Assembly: GCA_001769535.1 (NCBI GenBank)
Contig: MEOH01000005.1
Coordinates: 67,839 to 131,838, forward strand
Origin: Bacteroidetes bacterium GWF2_38_335
GTDB taxonomy: Bacteria > Bacteroidota > Bacteroidia > Bacteroidales > GWF2-38-335
Reading direction: 5' to 3'
Length of the DNA stretch: 64,000 nucleotides
Under the pieces are notes generated by a model. The model was not told where the DNA came from. It did not search any database and was given only the letters and a program-made list of their open reading frames with translations. A program made the translations under genes and the position numbers. Shown here in pieces: positions 61,801 to 64,000 of this stretch (positions are counted from its first letter, which is position 1; every line of letters starts with the position of its first letter).

Positions 61801-64000
61801 GGATTGGTAACCAATGAATTTGCATCCTGGCCTGTGCCGGTTTGAATTGCAGCTAAGGTTGTTCTGTTTGCAAGATTTGCATAAGCTAAAACTCCAAGAG
61901 CTCCATTTGTGTATATGTTGTAATTACTGGTTAGATTTGCAATGCCGGCTAAATAATATGCATAATGTGATCCGGTTCCACCACTTCTTGCATTCAAAAA
62001 AATGTTATTTCTGATGTCAGTTATTCCAGCACCTGATCTGTAATATGATCGTGAGGAGGCAGCACCAACAGCAACAATCCCACCAATATAAATCGAGTTA
62101 AAAAAAACAGATGTTGTACCAGCAGTGGCATTTTCAATACCGTATATTGTTGCATTTGATCCAACAGAGTTTCCGTTTTTATCAATACCCAATCTAATCA
62201 TGTTATTTGAAACTGTTGCTGTTCCTGTATTAATAGTTATTCCCTTTTGTATTGCAGTTGCACTTGAAGTAGTAAAACTATGAATATTGTTTCCATTAAT
62301 GATATTTGTTCCGGAAGCATTATATCCCTTAATTCCATAAACATTAATGCCAGCACCACCTGAGGCAGTTATTGAATGTATTGAATTATTGGATATTGAT
62401 AATCCACCGGTAACATTGTTGTTGTTTATTATTCCTGCAAAACAAGGCATATCAACATTAGTGGTATTTGTAGATGCAGTTGAAATATTAGATATTGTAT
62501 TTCCAATTACAGTTTGTGTACCTCCGGTTGCCTGGTTACTCAATCCAATTAGGAAAGGCATAGTTGATGTACAACCCAGTGTGACATTTGAAACAATGTT
62601 ATTTGATACAGTAGTTTTATAGTTTCCTCCTGTCCCGAAATAAATTCCGCCAAATGTTATGGCAGGGGTAGCTCCGGCTGCCGATTGAATACTATTTGCC
62701 GTGGTTTCATGCCCAATAATATTCCCATCAATTATAACATCATTTATTAATGTTCCTGTAATTTGAATGGCGTTAAAAAGTAATTGATATGGAATGGTCC
62801 CATTAATTGAAAATGAGCCAATTCTGTTATTGTTTACGGTTCCATCTCCATCTTTTAATATTCCGCTTACTCCTCCACTATATGTTGAGTTAGCATTAAT
62901 TGTTATGGTTATTGAACCCGTTGATTCATCACCAATAAGGTTATCGTTAACATCAATTCTGCCTGTGGAGGCAATTGCTAAAAATCTCACAGTTCCTGAT
63001 GAGTGGGGATAAGTTGTAAAATTTATATTTTTTATTGTATTGTTTTCAATTAACGAGACACCGGAGTTGCTTACTGTAACATTAATACCATAAAATGTCA
63101 GGATATATCCGGTAGTGCCCATTGTTAATGATGCTCCGCTACAATTTGCCGACCTTCCTCCAATATAATTATTTGAAACAATAAATTCATTACCATTCGG
63201 ACTGTTAACCAATAAAGGCCAATAATTTAAGTCGGAAAGTGCAGAAGTAAGATAGAAGCTGTTATAGGTAATAGTCCATCTTGTATTTCCTCCCTCAAGA
63301 TCAAGACCTGAAACATACGAAGGGGGGGCTGAAGCGTTATAAAAATTGCAGTACGTTACGGTATTGTCTTTATTATCCATCCCTGCAGTGCCCTCAGCGT
63401 AAAATCCTGTATAGCAGGAACCGTAAAAGCTGCAATATTCAATGTTGTTATTATTATTACCTGAAGCGGATGCTGTGCTGAAAAATAATGCGCCGGTTGT
63501 ATAGCTGGCTGCAGCGCCTTGAACACTTATATATTTTAATGTGTTATTTGTTGCATCATTTATTAGTTTTATTGTTGAACCGGTGGTTGCATTCGAGTTT
63601 GTAAATATTAAACTATTGCTTGCTCCAATTAAATTTAACCTGCCATCAATGGTTACCCGGTCAGCTCCGTTCAATGTTACAACTGAAGTAGCCAGATTTC
63701 CGGAAATGGTTCTTGTAGCCCCGGTAGGGTAAATTGTTACATTATATCCTCCTGCGCCTGAACAGTCGGTCCATTGGTTTAAGCTTGCTTCGGCAGTTTC
63801 TGTAATATTTGAAATAATCTGCAATTGCAGATCGCCTGATAAACCATTTGCATTAATGGCATCAAAAGCTGCTTTTAGGGTAGTGTAATCGCCTGCTGTA
63901 CCAACGGTTTTTATTCCGGTGAGACCCGAAGTAATGATGGTAAGCGTGGCTACAGCAGATGTAGCAGTTCCGCATGTTCCGGTCACCACACAATCATAGT
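58866..64000 (-). CDS. Large T9SS type-A cargo protein (beta-helix-like region, Ig-like repeats); 5' end lies beyond the window
   Basis: Frame stays open past 63989 (...YDCVVTGTCG); Asn/Thr-rich 'ISNNxI' repeats; YEWYDALTGGTLL Ig-like units; PLPVELLSF..YRLKQTDFNG; QPNPA..LSKGMYLV..KLIKM CTD. Confidence 0.85.
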   Translation of the reverse strand, partial: YDCVVTGTCGTATSAVATLTIITSGLTGIKTVGTAGDYTTLKAAFDAINANGLSGDLQLQIISNITETAEASLNQWTDCSGAGGYNVTIYPTGATRTISGNLATSVVTLNGADRVTIDGRLNLIGASNSLIFTNSNATTGSTIKLINDATNNTLKYISVQGAAASYTTGALFFSTASASGNNNNNIEYCSFYGSCYTGFYAEGTAGMDNKDNTVTYCNFYNASAPPSYVSGLDLEGGNTRWTITYNSFYLTSALSDLNYWPLLVNSPNGNEFIVSNNYIGGRSANCSGASLTMGTTGYILTFYGINVTVSNSGVSLIENNTIKNINFTTYPHSSGTVRFLAIASTGRIDVNDNLIGDESTGSITITINANSTYSGGVSGILKDGDGTVNNNRIGSFSINGTIPYQLLFNAIQITGTLINDVIIDGNIIGHETTANSIQSAAGATPAITFGGIYFGTGGNYKTTVSNNIVSNVTLGCTSTMPFLIGLSNQATGGTQTVIGNTISNISTASTNTTNVDMPCFAGIINNNNVTGGLSISNNSIHSITASGGAGINVYGIKGYNASGTNIINGNNIHSFTTSSATAIQKGITINTGTATVSNNMIRLGIDKNGNSVGSNATIYGIENATAGTTSVFFNSIYIGGIVAVGAASSRSYYRSGAGITDIRNNIFLNARSGGTGSHYAYYLAGIANLTSNYNIYTNGALGVLAYANLANRTTLAAIQTGTGQDANSLVTNPSFVNPTGDATAVDLHIQAGSSAIGRGIAGTGVLIDFDNQVRSIGVSPNGPCIGADERVISSGTNTYGIYASDGINGNIEDCEIFAVGGPPGGVGYQVADPANANWANVGISSYQVITASNISCTNIDLSFTTTDGSPDWLFGNGSVPTSGTASPIIAQYTSISRKDILESVKIFKDFVNITMDSPDPGSILGAPTGAGCPTTYTYTSSQAGSPGFTYYWQAIAPGGCTVTVSDPYASSTDITFVNPTGVNQVFVVSLDIETECCGPLRTVRRYITIYPGPVQPTVSGSPFTLCTGGSITLSVDAPDPSYSYEWYDALTGGTLLASGTSYNISNLPSGANSYFVQSTNSFGCSSDRTEVIVNGQDEPAPLIDNQTTCGTNDVTLFINAPGAGYTFNWYTGSCGGTIVQSGASSTYTTLVSATTNYYVSAIPSGCAASTCATVTVTYMTPPDPIVWLGVTAGTNNWYKPENWTSNCLPTCETNVSIPNLAIDPDIGFDATKEAESKNLNLQSGAVLSFSDSKSNLLICGNMTHSGIITTNDLGGVEFGSSLISQTYTRSGGTGDFNNVTINNTSASPSLTITGGNMEMGTSGSLNFMSGTIVTGTNRIIVKNTSTAAISGHNTDCYVSGNLRRYILSGSNTYVFPVGVSDRYTLAELINTGLNGVSYIDAKFISPYTMSGTLNPATAVDNTTPYLSIASEGIWQLDPNAAPTGGSYSIKLWFNDGGGTNPFTTLTDDMFGPLKRPSASTSDADWTALGGTVNAAGTPGRTVAGGYAQRTGWTTFSQYAIGIAPFPLPVELLSFKAAYNGKSVDLSWSTLSEINNDYFTIERSLDSEDFSDIGTVRSIAPGGNSSTILNYTFKDLDVKPGIYYYRLKQTDFNGDFAYSKVESVVIGESGLFSMQPNPATNEVELIYSCIENDNPLVSIYDDKLRLVFSTELSCQPGVYREVINIEHLSKGMYLVIFKSQTEMFREKLIKM

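Noticed and set aside
63987-63989. GTG at 63989 as the true start of the last gene
   Set aside because: No signal peptide follows, and the frame continues upstream (YDCVVTG) to the window edge

Overview
AT-rich chromosomal window from a Bacteroidota (probably Bacteroidales-like) organism, judged from gldD/gldE, T9SS sorting domains, a bS22-type ORF and TAnnTTTG promoter motifs. Housekeeping genes flank the window (htpG, two aminotransferases, mltG, a phosphohexomutase, murB, a GGGP/HepGP synthase, a PPTase, gldD, gldE, ssb, mutY, HU, bS22, Rne/Rng), and two partial T9SS type-A cargo genes lie at the edges. The central ~32 kb (18.8-50.7 kb) holds an ECF sigma factor followed by a duplicated three-gene module: a membrane-anchored anti-sigma-like PKD protein ending in a type-B T9SS sorting domain, a small exported protein with a shared C-terminal motif, and a giant SprB-repeat surface protein (3021 and 5487 aa). 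The motif GCAAC-N16-CGTC, which matches ECF promoter architecture, precedes four genes of this region. A second oddity is a four-helix-bundle gene with an in-frame TAA, bracketed by mutually inverted 7-bp tandem arrays that contain its start and stop codons. No CRISPR array, rRNA, tRNA or transposase was recognised. All family assignments are by eye from motifs; no searches were run.
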